The notes under the pieces were generated by a model that was given only the letters and a program-made list of their open reading frames with translations, did not search any database and had not been told where the DNA came from. Positions 10,856 to 21,022 of a DNA stretch of 64,000 nt are shown one piece after another. How positions within the stretch are numbered: the first letter of the stretch is position 1; every line of letters starts with the position of its first letter. The DNA comes from Dehalococcoidia bacterium (lineage in GTDB: Bacteria > Chloroflexota > Dehalococcoidia > Bin125). Both the position numbers and the translations under genes were made by a program. The stretch is from contig CAXXRD010000002.1 of the NCBI GenBank assembly GCA_963663895.2, positions 1 through 64,000 on the forward strand, in the 5' to 3' direction.

Positions 10856-11078
10856 ATCGCCTCGATCCAAACAAGAGCCGGAACTGATTCTCCGACGATG
10901 AAGGTACCTGATCTAGCTGAACACACCGCCGCGACCTTCTCGCTGGCCTCGCGCCGCATGTCTAGGAAGGACCGTGCGAGTGGAGATCGCTCGTTGCCGG
11001 CAACTGCGTGTGGCCCGGATATCCATGACGGCCTGCATCAGCACGCCAGCGGAGAGCACGGCGGTCGCCGCGCCGCCG

Positions 11079-11549
11079 CTACGGAGTCCTAGCCCAGCGC
11101 GCCAGCGCCTTCTGGGGCGCGGTGATCTCCTCCACCGCCGTGTAGTAGGAGTCCTGCCAGCCATCCTCGGGCAGCCCCGTGAAGAGCATCAGGTTCAGCG
11201 GATATTTATCGCCCTCCGCCACGCGGCGCAGGTCGTCCCGAAACAGGAACGTCGGCTTCTTGCAGGCGATCGCCATCCCCAGCTCGACCATCACGCCCTC
11301 GTCGGGCGGGACGCCGTTGACGACGGCGAAGATCGCATCCGACTGCACCACATCGCGGAAGTCGGCCCGGCCGATGCGGTACTCCCACCCTGTCTTCTGA
11401 AAGTCGGCGGGGTTATTGCGGGCGAAGGGCTCCCAGACCTCCAACCCAAGCGCCTCCAGCGCCGCCACGATCGGCGGCAGGAGCAGGGTCCGCTGCTGGG
11501 CGGAAAATCCGTACGGATTCGCCAAGTAGATCGTCTTCGCCATGGTCAT
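11079..11549 (-). CDS. Nucleoside 2-deoxyribosyltransferase family protein
   Basis: IYLANPYGFS, DFRDVVQSDAIFA, PPDEGVMVELGMA (catalytic Glu) and NLML motifs. Confidence 0.85.
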   Translation of the reverse strand: MTMAKTIYLANPYGFSAQQRTLLLPPIVAALEALGLEVWEPFARNNPADFQKTGWEYRIGRADFRDVVQSDAIFAVVNGVPPDEGVMVELGMAIACKKPTFLFRDDLRRVAEGDKYPLNLMLFTGLPEDGWQDSYYTAVEEITAPQKALARWARTP

Positions 11550-11730
11550 GCTTCCCGCACGATGAGCGCCTTGTAGCGGCTCGCCCCCTCGACCAATGCA
11601 CAGGCAGATCGGGGACGGCTTCGCGAGACGCGCTCCGCCTCAACTACCTGAATCGCCGGTGGCGACGTACCGGGCCGGGCCGTCCAGGGCAGTGCTGCGC
11701 TGTCACCGGGCCCTCTCGGTACGCTGGGAA

Positions 11731-13149
11731 TCAGTCGTCGTCGCCGTACTCTTCCGGCATCAGCACGAACTCGGGATAGGCCTCGAGTCCCAGCTCTCCG
11801 GCATCCTGACCGAGACGCTCGACCTGCTCCGAGACCCGGACGCTGATGGTCACGTCCAGCAATCGCCACAGCAGGAACGACACCGTGAACACGAACGCTC
11901 CGATCGCCAAGATGCCGACCAGCTGCACGCCGAAGTCGCCGCCGGCGGCGATACAGACCGCCAGGGTGCCCCAGATGCCGGCGAAGAGGTGGGCCGGCAC
12001 CGCGCCGACGACGTCGTCCAGCTTGACCTTCTCGAAGAGCTTGAGCCCGGCGACGACGATCAAGCCGCCGATGGCGCCGATGACGATCGCCCAGTAGTGG
12101 TCGACGATGTCGGGACCGGCGGTAATCGAGACGAGTCCCGCGATCGCGCCGTTCAGGCCGGCGAAGAGGTCGGTGCGCCCGAGGATGTAGCGCGAGACGG
12201 CGAGCGCGGCCATGACGCCGGCCGCCGCCGCCAGGTTGGTGTTCACGAGCACGTGGCTCATCGCCACCGCGTCGCCCGCGCTCCCCAGCGCCAGCTGCGA
12301 GCCGCCGTTGAAGCCGAACCAGCCCAGCCAGAGGATGAAGACGCCCAGCGTCACCACCAGAATGTTGGAGGGAGGCGTGGGCTTGACCGAGCCGTCGCGG
12401 CGGAACTTCCCCAGCCGCGGCCCGACGACCAGAATGCCCGCAAGCGCGGCCCAGCCGCCGGTGCTGTGCACGATCGTCGAGCCGGCGAAGTCCTGGAACC
12501 CCATCTCGGCCAGCCAGCCGCCGCCCCACGTCCAGGCGCCCACGATCGGATAGATGATCGCGGTCAGCACCAGCACGAAGGCGAAGAACGACCACATCTT
12601 GACCCGCTCGGCGAGGGCGCCGGAGACGATGGAGGCCGCGGTCGCCACGAAGACCATCTGGAAGAACCAGTCCGACATGGTGGAGTACGAGGAATCGGCC
12701 AGGACGGCGTCCACCGCGCCCTCCTCCCCATCGAGCAGCGCGATCTCGGCGGCCGACGGTCCGTAGAGGAGGTCGAAGGAGCCGATGAAGCCCCCGACGA
12801 TGTCGCCGTACATGAAGTTGTAACCGATGATGAAATAGGCCAGCCCGGCGATCGAGTAGAGCCCCACGTTCTTGAGGCAGATCATTGAGGCGTTCTTGGT
12901 GCGCACCGAGCCGGATTCGAGCATGGTGAATCCGGCGCACATCCACATCACCAGCGCGCCCCAGACCAGGAACGAGAACGTGTTGAAGATGAACGCGCTC
13001 TCCTCCTCGACCCCCGCCGCGTGCGCCACGGCGGGACGAGCCAAGAGGAGGACGACCGTCGCGAGGCCCGTGGCCGCCAGCATGGCGGCGAGGCGGCGCT
13101 TCAAAAGGAAATTGGTTAGCACTCTCAAAGCAGCTTTTCGATCGACCAA
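11731..13149 (-). CDS. amtB: Ammonium transporter (Amt family)
   Basis: About 11 TM helices; FFQMVF, SGALAER, DFAGSTIVH, WFGFNGGS and DDVVGAVPAH motifs. The start could instead be ATG 13083. Confidence 0.93.
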   Translation of the reverse strand: MVDRKAALRVLTNFLLKRRLAAMLAATGLATVVLLLARPAVAHAAGVEEESAFIFNTFSFLVWGALVMWMCAGFTMLESGSVRTKNASMICLKNVGLYSIAGLAYFIIGYNFMYGDIVGGFIGSFDLLYGPSAAEIALLDGEEGAVDAVLADSSYSTMSDWFFQMVFVATAASIVSGALAERVKMWSFFAFVLVLTAIIYPIVGAWTWGGGWLAEMGFQDFAGSTIVHSTGGWAALAGILVVGPRLGKFRRDGSVKPTPPSNILVVTLGVFILWLGWFGFNGGSQLALGSAGDAVAMSHVLVNTNLAAAAGVMAALAVSRYILGRTDLFAGLNGAIAGLVSITAGPDIVDHYWAIVIGAIGGLIVVAGLKLFEKVKLDDVVGAVPAHLFAGIWGTLAVCIAAGGDFGVQLVGILAIGAFVFTVSFLLWRLLDVTISVRVSEQVERLGQDAGELGLEAYPEFVLMPEEYGDDD

Positions 13150-13305
13150 CGCTGTCCCTCGATTTGGAATGACGATACGGAATGACCAGCTTGGAGCAGG
13201 GTGATGCCCCCTGCATCAATCGCCGAGTCCCTCGCGCGGGATCGACGGGCCGAGACTGACGGAAGGGCGGCATGCGGTCAAGCCATTGGAGGGTGAGAAT
13301 CCGAG

Positions 13306-13337
13306 ATGTCGACCAAGGCCGCGCCCTTGGTCGACAT
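13306..13337. repeat. Perfect 13-bp inverted repeat in the amt / MBL-hydrolase divergent intergenic region
   Basis: ATGTCGACCAAGG-ccgcgc-CCTTGGTCGACAT. Confidence 0.75.
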
Positions 13338-13493
13338 AGTGGCTAGCACTGCGCGCGTTTGGACGGGATCTCCCTGCGTTTCTGGCGGCAGCAAGCCCGC
13401 TCATTTCCGAGCCAGCGTTCTCAGACAAGCGCGACCGCAGCAACTCTGCGAGCATGCGCCACTCCGGCGCGCGCGCCAGCAAGCGAGGACCCC

Positions 13494-14270
13494 ATGCCCA
13501 GCGACCCCTCCCCCACCATCGAGACCCTGCTCCCCGGCATGTCCTGGTTCACCGATATCGGACGCGTCTCCTTCTGCTCCATCCTCCTCATCACCTCGGA
13601 AGACAAGCGCATTCTCGTCGACACGGGGCACGCCGGCCGCCGCGTCGCCACGCTGGAAGCGCTCCGAGTGCGCGGCATTAAATCCACGGAGATCGACTAC
13701 ATCTTCCAGACGCACGCCCACTTCGACCACGTCCAGAACTTCGATCTCTTCCCCGACGCTCCCGTCCTCCTCACCCCCGCGGAGCTCCAGTACGTGCAGC
13801 GCCCGCATCCCAACGACTTCGGCACGCCCCTCTGGACCGCCGCCGCCCTCGCCACGACCCGCACGCAAGAGGTCAGTGAAGGCGATGAGATCGCGCGCGG
13901 CGTCCGCGTCATCGAGCTCCCCGGACACTCCGCCGGTAGCGCCGGCCTCCTCCTCGAAACAGAAGCCGGCCGCATCGGCGTCGCCGGCGACGCCGTCGCC
14001 GCCGGCTGGTCCGCTCGCGATCGCATGCCCGCCATCGTCTTCTGGAACGAGCAACAGTCCCGGGAAAGCATCGACAAGCTCCTGGCCAGCGCCGATCTCA
14101 TCTACCCGGGCCACGACCGGCCTTTCCGCCTCGTCGACGGCGAGATCATCTACCACGAGCCTTTCCAGCTCACCATCGGCAACCTCGACCCGGCCCGGGA
14201 AGGTCTCCGCTTCGACCCGACCCCGCCTACCACGTTCGTCATGCCCGGCATCGAAACGCAGAAGCTCTAG
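13494..14270 (+). CDS. Metallo-beta-lactamase-fold hydrolase (AHL-lactonase-like)
   Basis: LVDTG, THAHFDH, PGHSAG, AGDAV and YPGHD motifs. GAGGA SD precedes ATG 13494. Confidence 0.88.
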   Translation: MPSDPSPTIETLLPGMSWFTDIGRVSFCSILLITSEDKRILVDTGHAGRRVATLEALRVRGIKSTEIDYIFQTHAHFDHVQNFDLFPDAPVLLTPAELQYVQRPHPNDFGTPLWTAAALATTRTQEVSEGDEIARGVRVIELPGHSAGSAGLLLETEAGRIGVAGDAVAAGWSARDRMPAIVFWNEQQSRESIDKLLASADLIYPGHDRPFRLVDGEIIYHEPFQLTIGNLDPAREGLRFDPTPPTTFVMPGIETQKL

Positions 14271-14439
14271 CCTGCGCGGCGGGCTTCCAAATCCGAGGCG
14301 GGGAGATCCCCCGTCCTCCCGGCCATCAAATCCTGAGGCTGGGCCTCTCTCGGACTATCACACGCCCCCAGGGCGGGACCGCCGGGCTCTCCGAGGCCGG
14401 GCGCGGTCCACTCCGTGGACCGTACCGGACCGACTATAC

Positions 14440-15933
14440 CTACCCCGGCGGCGGCGGCGGGAACGCCTCCAGGCGAAGCTCCTCCGATTCCTCGACATCT
14501 TCCACTTGCATCAGCAAGGCCGGCAGGATGGCGACCAAGGCCAGGAACCCCGCGATCGTGAAGAGGTTCTGGAATACGGTCACGCCGGCTTCGATCAAGG
14601 GGGCCTCGGTCTCCTCGAACGTGTCGCCGAGCGTTACGTGGCCGGTCAGGCTGTAGAAGCGCTCGATCCCCCAAGCGGACAAGGCCGCCAGCCCCAGCGC
14701 CATCCCCATCATTCGCGAGGCGGTGACCAATGAGGCCGCGGCGCCCCAATAGTGACTCGGCGCCGCGCTCAAAGCGCTGACGTGTATGGGAGGAATGACC
14801 AGCCCAAATCCAAAACCCGCCATGACTAGGGGCAACGTGAGCCTCGGTTCCGCCACCTCCGTTTCCCAACTGCTCATGACCAGCAAACCCGCTCCTATGA
14901 GCGCAAGGCCGGCTACGCACACCGGTCTCACTCCCGTCCAACGCAGAACGTAGCCTCCTACCAGCGCCCCCACCGGAATGCAGGCCGTAAGACGGAATAG
15001 GTGGAGGGCGCTCTCCCAGGCCTCCTTCTCCATGACAGTGGCGGCCATGAGAGGTACGGCAACCAAGGAGATAATGAGGGCGACCCCCACGAGAAACTGG
15101 GTCATGTTGGATGATGCGAAAGCCTTGGAGCTGTACAGAAACGACGCGAACAGCGGCTGGATCGCCCGCCTCTGGACGACCACAAACACGCCGACCAAGA
15201 AAATCCCAAACGCGATCAACAGATAGGGGACGATCGACTCCCCTGTAAAGACGCTTCTTTGGGCCAGCGCCATGGTGAGAACGGTGAGGGCGCCTGCCAG
15301 CGCCAGCGCCCCGAAGTAGTCCATTTTGGCCCCAGGATTGACGCGGTTCGGCAAGATGGCCAGAAGGCCTATCAGAAAGAAGCTCTGGGGGATGTCCAGC
15401 CAGAAAATCCAGCGCCAGCCAATCCACTCGATGATGGCTCCGCCATAGAGGGGGCCCAAAACGGATCCCGCTTCAGCCGAGGCGGCCACGAGTCCGAGTG
15501 CCACTCCCCTTTTCTCCGGCGAGACGGCTCCCACCGCCATCGCCAGACCGATGGGAACCGTGGCCCCGCCGCCGATGGCTTGGAGCACCCTGGCAGATAC
15601 GATCCAAGAGAAGTCCGGCGCAATCGCCACCAACGCCGACCCGATGGAGAACAGAACCAGCGCGGCTTGGAACATCCTGACGCGGCCGCGGACATCGGAC
15701 AGGCGCCCCGCCAACGGCATGGCCACGGTGTAGGCGATCAGATAGCCGGTTACGATCCACGCCGCCGTGTCCAGGTCCGTCAGGGGGATCTCCAAGTCCA
15801 CCATGACGGCGGGCAGCGCGGCGACTACCACGGTCTGGTCCAGGGCGGTCGAGAATACCCCCAGGCACAGAATCCCTAGGACGACCGACTGGGAAGACCC
15901 TAGGGATCTGAAGCCGGACCGAGCAGCGTTCAT
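14440..15933 (-). CDS. MFS transporter, DHA2/14-TM type (Rv1410c/P55-like)
   Basis: LDQTVV..ALP, GRLSDVRGR, ARVLQAIGGG and GWRWIFW motifs. Coupled by a 4-bp overlap to the upstream lipoprotein. Confidence 0.88.
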   Translation of the reverse strand: MNAARSGFRSLGSSQSVVLGILCLGVFSTALDQTVVVAALPAVMVDLEIPLTDLDTAAWIVTGYLIAYTVAMPLAGRLSDVRGRVRMFQAALVLFSIGSALVAIAPDFSWIVSARVLQAIGGGATVPIGLAMAVGAVSPEKRGVALGLVAASAEAGSVLGPLYGGAIIEWIGWRWIFWLDIPQSFFLIGLLAILPNRVNPGAKMDYFGALALAGALTVLTMALAQRSVFTGESIVPYLLIAFGIFLVGVFVVVQRRAIQPLFASFLYSSKAFASSNMTQFLVGVALIISLVAVPLMAATVMEKEAWESALHLFRLTACIPVGALVGGYVLRWTGVRPVCVAGLALIGAGLLVMSSWETEVAEPRLTLPLVMAGFGFGLVIPPIHVSALSAAPSHYWGAAASLVTASRMMGMALGLAALSAWGIERFYSLTGHVTLGDTFEETEAPLIEAGVTVFQNLFTIAGFLALVAILPALLMQVEDVEESEELRLEAFPPPPPG

Positions 15934-16664
15934 GGCCCAGCGGCGATATCCGGAAGTTGAATGTCAACGGGGGCGTTCACGCCCGAGATAGTCACCAGAC
16001 GCTTCGTTCCCGGCGCGTCGTCGTTGTATAGGCGGCCATCGATTCTCATCTGCCGCAAAATGTGCTCACTCTCGTCAATCCACAGGGTCAACGTGATCGG
16101 ATGACCCGGATCCAAGGACGTGATGAGGGCCGACAGATCTTCCGACACGATATCGCCAACTACCAGGATCGTCTGCGCGTCCGCCACAACCTCCCGGCCT
16201 GTAATGGCCGCGTCCCTCATCAAGGGCAGCGCTTCGCTCAACGCCGGGCCTACCCTCCCGAAATTGAAGGGTACCTGCTCGAGGGGCAGGGGAAGCCACG
16301 GCGCGTCCTCGGAGAACTTCATGTATGCCTGCTCTCCCACCGCCACCATTTCGATCTCCACGAATCCCATGGCAGCAGCCACTACCTCCACCAGCATCCG
16401 GAATCCGTCGGGAGACTTTATCTCCGCTTCCATGCTCTTGAACGTCGTCCCGAAGAATTGGGCTCCCGAGTCCGTTTCATCGATCATCGCGACCTTGGCC
16501 GTCGACATGGCGGCTAACTCTTCGCCCGCACTCACGAGCAGCTCATCCACCGACAGATCATCGGTAGATGTGGATTCCCCCCCGCATGCGGCTGCCAAGA
16601 ACAGGAACCCGATCGCCAACACGGTGATGGATAGTTTGAGACGCAACATCTTGGCCCAGTTCAT
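15930..16664 (-). CDS. LppX/LprAFG-like lipoprotein
   Basis: Lipobox AAAC, LolA/LppX-like beta pattern and terminal NAPVDIQLP. The operon arrangement with a DHA2 MFS mirrors lprG-P55. Confidence 0.7.
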   Translation of the reverse strand: MNWAKMLRLKLSITVLAIGFLFLAAACGGESTSTDDLSVDELLVSAGEELAAMSTAKVAMIDETDSGAQFFGTTFKSMEAEIKSPDGFRMLVEVVAAAMGFVEIEMVAVGEQAYMKFSEDAPWLPLPLEQVPFNFGRVGPALSEALPLMRDAAITGREVVADAQTILVVGDIVSEDLSALITSLDPGHPITLTLWIDESEHILRQMRIDGRLYNDDAPGTKRLVTISGVNAPVDIQLPDIAAGP

Positions 16665-17150
16665 CTGCCTATCTCCCTGACCCGCAGCCTGCGGCGAGAT
16701 GGCGATCGCACGAGGAACTGGGCCTTCTTCCAATCACCCGCGCGCGGTCTCCGTCGGGCGAAGACCCGCTCCAAGGCGCTCTTCCAGCAGCGTGAAGAGC
16801 GGCCTCGGGCGATGCTGCGTTGGACGGTGCGCCCGCCATCCCTACACCATCTATCGGCCTACCGACGCCAGGGGAGTATCTCCCAACCAACGGTTGAGGG
16901 CGTCTGGCCATTGATGGTATCACCGTACGCGCCCTCGTCGTCGTACGGTTACGAGGGCCGCAAGTGACGATACGCCATTCGATGAGCGGGCCGGCGGCGT
17001 TGGGTCTGTCCGGGCGGATCGACCGGCACCGCGAACGGGAGAACCTCTACGGGCGTAGAGTCTGTCCAGTTGCGACCTGAAACACAGAGGCTCTAGACCA
17101 ATAGAAGATCCACGGGCATTCCCACTGCCGAGCCCCCCAAAGGCCGTCGT

Positions 17151-17543
17151 GTGACCCGCCTGATCATCGACGGCATGAACGTGATCGGATCCCGGCCCGA
17201 CGGCTGGTGGCGCGACCGCAAAAGCGCCGCCCGCCGTCTCGTGGCGCAGCTCCAAGCGCTGGCCGCTTCCAGTGACGACGCGCTGGCCGTCGTCCTCGAC
17301 GGCCGTCCCCTCCCCGGCCTGCCCGAGGGTGCGCACCAAGGCGTCACCGTCTACTACGCCACCCGGCCCGGTCCCAACGCCGCCGACGACCGCATCGTCG
17401 ATCTCATCGCCGCCGATGCCGACCCCGGCTCGCTCACGGTCGTCACCTCCGACCGCACCCTCCGCGAGCGCGCCCTGCATCTCCGCGCCGAGGTCGTCGG
17501 CGCCGGCGCCCTGCTACGACGCCTCGACGCCCTTGAAGGCTAG
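17151..17543 (+). CDS. NYN/PIN-domain RNase (YacP/Rae1-like)
   Basis: IIDGMNVIG, VVLDG, ADDRI and VVTSD acidic motifs. Confidence 0.85.
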   Translation: MTRLIIDGMNVIGSRPDGWWRDRKSAARRLVAQLQALAASSDDALAVVLDGRPLPGLPEGAHQGVTVYYATRPGPNAADDRIVDLIAADADPGSLTVVTSDRTLRERALHLRAEVVGAGALLRRLDALEG

Positions 17544-17725
17544 CCCGCGTCCGGCGGCTCGATCTTGGGCAAGCTCCCGGACCAGACGCCACCGCGCCCG
17601 TCCCGCACCTCCACGTAGATCAGGGTATCCGTACGGCCGATCAGCTCCACCCGCCATGCCTCGGCGGGCTCACGGCTTGCCGAGTCAGCGGCTTCATCAC
17701 GATTTCGAGAGGTCGCGTCGCTCAT
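17540..17725 (-). CDS. Small hypothetical protein
   Basis: GC3-rich frame, GAGGG SD before ATG 17725, beta-rich WRVELIGRTDTLIYVEV segment. Confidence 0.4.
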   Translation of the reverse strand: MSDATSRNRDEAADSASREPAEAWRVELIGRTDTLIYVEVRDGRGGVWSGSLPKIEPPDAG

Positions 17726-18059
17726 CCTGCCCTCGCATCCCGCCGGATCCCGCAACCGGCACCGGCGTCGGCGTCCGCACGGGCGGCTCCCTCATGGGAG
17801 GCAGCCCCGGCCTCGGACGCGCTTCGGCGCGCGCGCGGTTCCGCAGCCGCCGGTAGCGCCATATCGCCCCGGCCAGCACCGTCACGATCATCCCACCGAC
17901 CACGAAATACACCAGCGCCGCCACCCCAAGCGTGCCCGTGAGTCCGAATGGGAGCCAGATCGCTCCCCCAAGCAGCACTCCCATCGACGCCGGAAATCGC
18001 ACGAGCCGCTGCACCACCCGCTGCCCATACGACCGACGACTGACTCCTCGCCACTCCAT
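17697..18059 (-). CDS. Hypothetical membrane protein
   Basis: Two hydrophobic helices followed by a basic, Pro-rich tail. Confidence 0.5.
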   Translation of the reverse strand: MEWRGVSRRSYGQRVVQRLVRFPASMGVLLGGAIWLPFGLTGTLGVAALVYFVVGGMIVTVLAGAIWRYRRLRNRARAEARPRPGLPPMREPPVRTPTPVPVAGSGGMRGQDERRDLSKS

Positions 18060-18213
18060 CCTGCGATGCTACCAGTCGATCGATCCAAGCCGTCGCCAGC
18101 CTGCGGTAGGCTCTGCCGGGCAGCGGCAGCCGACCGCGCTGCGTGCCCGCGCCGGCGCCCATGCCGCGCCGTCCCATACCGCCGTCCACCCTGTTCAGAC
18201 GTCGGAGAGCGAA

Positions 18214-18888
18214 ATGACACCCAAGCTGTTGCGCAAACTGCTCCGCCGCAGCGACGCCGGCCCGGGCAAGCCTCCGCCCTTCGTTCGCGCCCTCGCCGAC
18301 GCCCTGCCGGCCAGCGGCCTCACCGTCTTGCTGATGCCACCCGATGCCCCCGAGCACGCCCTCGGCCGCCTCCCAGACGCTCGGGCGCGGGGGCTTCTTC
18401 AGATCGGCGACGGCCCTCCCGACCTGATCAATTGCACCAGCGTCGGCGTCGGCCAAGGGCACCTCAGCCAAGGCGAGAGCACCGGCTTCCACTGGCTCAT
18501 GCGCACCAGCCGTCTCTCTCCCACCTGGTCCAGCGCCCGTGTCGATGCCCGCCGCGAGTTCAGCGCGAGCGACATCGGCAGCGCGCGCCACTTCCGCTGG
18601 ATCTCCCTCGATAGCGCCGCCACCTCCCGCGCCGCCGCCGCTCTCCTGCAAGAGCGTGGCAACGCCCGCGCGCCCAACGCCGAATCCCTGAACGACCGCA
18701 TCCTTCACCTCCTCCAGCAACCGGAGCTGCTCTCGCTCCAGCTCGAGCCGGAAACGGACGCCTGGTACCGCTGCTCGCTCTACCTCGGCTATGAGCGCGC
18801 CCTTGGAGGCGACGAGATCGCAACTCTCCGCGACCTCTGCCGTCTTCTGTCCACCCGCGATCCGGCATCCGCAACGACAGACCCCTAA
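18214..18888 (+). CDS. Hypothetical protein
   Basis: GGAGAG SD before ATG 18214, host-like codon usage, no recognised family. Confidence 0.6.
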   Translation: MTPKLLRKLLRRSDAGPGKPPPFVRALADALPASGLTVLLMPPDAPEHALGRLPDARARGLLQIGDGPPDLINCTSVGVGQGHLSQGESTGFHWLMRTSRLSPTWSSARVDARREFSASDIGSARHFRWISLDSAATSRAAAALLQERGNARAPNAESLNDRILHLLQQPELLSLQLEPETDAWYRCSLYLGYERALGGDEIATLRDLCRLLSTRDPASATTDP

Positions 18889-19173
18889 GACGGCTCTCGC
18901 TCAGAGGGCACAAGACCCCCTGCATCGATCCCTCCGACCGCGGCGCAATCCTCTGACCCAGCATGCACCCCGACCGGCCGATCGACGCCAAGCAAGGCTT
19001 CCAACGATCAAACGATCCATTGATTCGAACGACTGTGATCCGAACGATCGCGCCGCATGGAGCAGGGCTCCCCAAAGACTCAGGAGCAGCCTTTATCGCT
19101 TGCATCCCAATTGCTCCTGCAACGCGCTGCACCAGCCCATACTTTCTCTGTTGCGAACCCCACAGCGACTGCG

Positions 19174-19204
19174 TTGACAACCCCGGCGTTCCGGCGCACG
19201 TTGA
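19174..19204 (+). promoter_or_regulatory. Putative promoter TTGACA-N17-CACGTTGA of the peroxiredoxin gene
   Basis: Perfect -35 TTGACA (19174-19179), 17-nt spacer and CACGTT (19197-19202). Identical architecture at 47756. Confidence 0.6.
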
Positions 19205-19239
19205 ACCAAACGCTTCAACAGGAAAGGGGAGTGGGCGAC

Positions 19240-19872
19240 ATGGCCATTCGACTCGGCGACACCGTCCCAGACTTCACGGCGCAGACCACCGAAGGGGAGA
19301 TCCGCTTCCACCACTGGCTCGGCGAGAGCTGGGGTGTCCTCTTCTCTCATCCCGCAGACTTCACCCCCGTCTGCACTACCGAGCTCGGCGCCGTCGCCAA
19401 GCTCAAGCCCGAGTTCGAGAAGCGCAACACGAAGATCATCGGCCTCAGCGTCGATCCCCTCGAAAGCCACAAAGGCTGGATCGAGGACATCAACGACACC
19501 CAGAACACGACCGTGAACTTCCCCATGATCGCGGACGCCGATCGCCACGTCGCCTTGACCTATGACATGATCCAGCCCAACGCCGACGCGACCGCCACCG
19601 TCCGCTCCGTCTTCATCATCGACCCGGCCAAAAAGCTGCGCCTCACCCTCACCTATCCCGCCTCCACCGGCCGCAACTTCGCCGAGATCCTCCGCGTCAT
19701 CGATTCCCTCCAGCTCACCGAATACGAAAAGGTCGCCACTCCCGCCGACTGGCAGCAAGGTGACGACGTCGTCATTCTCCCCTCCATCCCAGATGAAGAG
19801 GCCCAGCAGCTGTTCCCTCAGGGGTTCAAGACCCAGCGCCCCTACCTGCGCACGACGGCCGCCCCCCGTTGA
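19240..19872 (+). CDS. 1-Cys peroxiredoxin (Prx6 family)
   Basis: FSHPADFTPVCTTE, YPASTGRNFAEILRVIDSLQ and ATPADW motifs. Confidence 0.95.
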   Translation: MAIRLGDTVPDFTAQTTEGEIRFHHWLGESWGVLFSHPADFTPVCTTELGAVAKLKPEFEKRNTKIIGLSVDPLESHKGWIEDINDTQNTTVNFPMIADADRHVALTYDMIQPNADATATVRSVFIIDPAKKLRLTLTYPASTGRNFAEILRVIDSLQLTEYEKVATPADWQQGDDVVILPSIPDEEAQQLFPQGFKTQRPYLRTTAAPR

Positions 19873-19968
19873 GCCGCCTCCGCTAAGCTGCCTTCGTCAC
19901 CTCACCTCGGTAGCCGTGCCGGGGTCGCAGATCGGCCCGAACCGGGGCGAAACGGAAGCAACAACGTC

Positions 19969-20406
19969 ATGCCTCTCTTCGACACCAGCCGGAAAAGCGG
20001 CGCCGCCGCCGAAGCCCGCCTCGTAAAAGACCAGGCCGCCTGGCTCGTCACCGTCTCTCCGGACGGCGTCCCGCAGCCTAGCCCCATCTGGTACCTCTGG
20101 GACGGGGAGACGTTCCTCATCTACAGCGAGCCCAACAAGCCCAAGATCCGCAACATTCAAGCCAACTCCCGCGTCGCCCTCCACCTCGACGGCGACCGCG
20201 CCGGCCGCGACATCGTCGTCGTGGAAGGCACCGCCGAGATCGGCGGTCCCCCGGCCGACACCATTCCCGCATACGTCCAGAAATACAGCGAGGGCTTCAA
20301 GCGCATCGGCATGGACGCCGCCAAGTTCGCGGCCGCCTACGCCGTCCCCATCCGCGTCCGTCCCGATCGCACCCGCGCCTGGCTCGTCACCAACCCGAAC
20401 GACTGA
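19969..20406 (+). CDS. PPOX-class F420-dependent oxidoreductase (Rv3369-like)
   Basis: AWLVTVSPDGVPQPSPIWY and KIRNIQANSRVALHL motifs. Confidence 0.82.
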   Translation: MPLFDTSRKSGAAAEARLVKDQAAWLVTVSPDGVPQPSPIWYLWDGETFLIYSEPNKPKIRNIQANSRVALHLDGDRAGRDIVVVEGTAEIGGPPADTIPAYVQKYSEGFKRIGMDAAKFAAAYAVPIRVRPDRTRAWLVTNPND

Positions 20407-20496
20407 CAACCCCTGACGCGAGGCGACCGGCGCCCGCACCGGTCCCGTGGGCAGCACAGCCGCCCGAATATCCCCCGCCGCTACCATGCAGGGAAC

Positions 20497-21009
20497 ATGC
20501 ACCTCTACCGGATCGAGGAGCGCCAGACCGTCCCCGCCGACCTCCCAAACGCCTGGGATTTCTTCTCCAATCCCACCAACCTGGCCCGCATCACCCCGCC
20601 CGACATGGGCTTCGAGGTCACCGTTTCCCCACCCGAACGCATCTATCCCGGCCTCATCATTAGCTATCGCGTCCGCCCTCTTCTCGGCATCCCCGTCGAA
20701 TGGGTCACCGAGATTACGCACATCGACGCGCCCCACTACTTCGTCGATGTCCAGCGTGGCGGCCCCTACGCCTTCTGGCATCACGAGCACCAGTTCCGTG
20801 CCGTGCCGGGCGGTACCGAGGTCCACGACCGCGTCAGCTACGCCCTGCCCTTCGACCCCCTCTCCCGCCCTCTCCACGACCACCTCATCCACCCCCGCCT
20901 CCGCACGATCTTCGAGTATCGCCGCCGCGCACTCGAGCGCATCTTCGGTCCGCCGCCTCCCGCCCGGACAACGAACCTCGAGCCGCCAACAAACGATGCG
21001 GGAGAATAG
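20497..21009 (+). CDS. SRPBCC family protein
   Basis: WDFFSNPTNLARITP, WVTEIT and FVDVQRGGPYAFWHHEH motifs. Confidence 0.87.
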   Translation: MHLYRIEERQTVPADLPNAWDFFSNPTNLARITPPDMGFEVTVSPPERIYPGLIISYRVRPLLGIPVEWVTEITHIDAPHYFVDVQRGGPYAFWHHEHQFRAVPGGTEVHDRVSYALPFDPLSRPLHDHLIHPRLRTIFEYRRRALERIFGPPPPARTTNLEPPTNDAGE

Positions 21010-21022
21010 CCGGGCGAGTCGG

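Noticed and set aside
11546-13273. 575-aa and 430-aa ORFs overlapping amt
   Set aside because: Arg/Gly-rich or antisense off-frame translations of the amt gene.
16733-17150. Possible ncRNA in the long intergenic region
   Set aside because: Only short GC-rich hairpins, with no recognisable Rfam-like signature.
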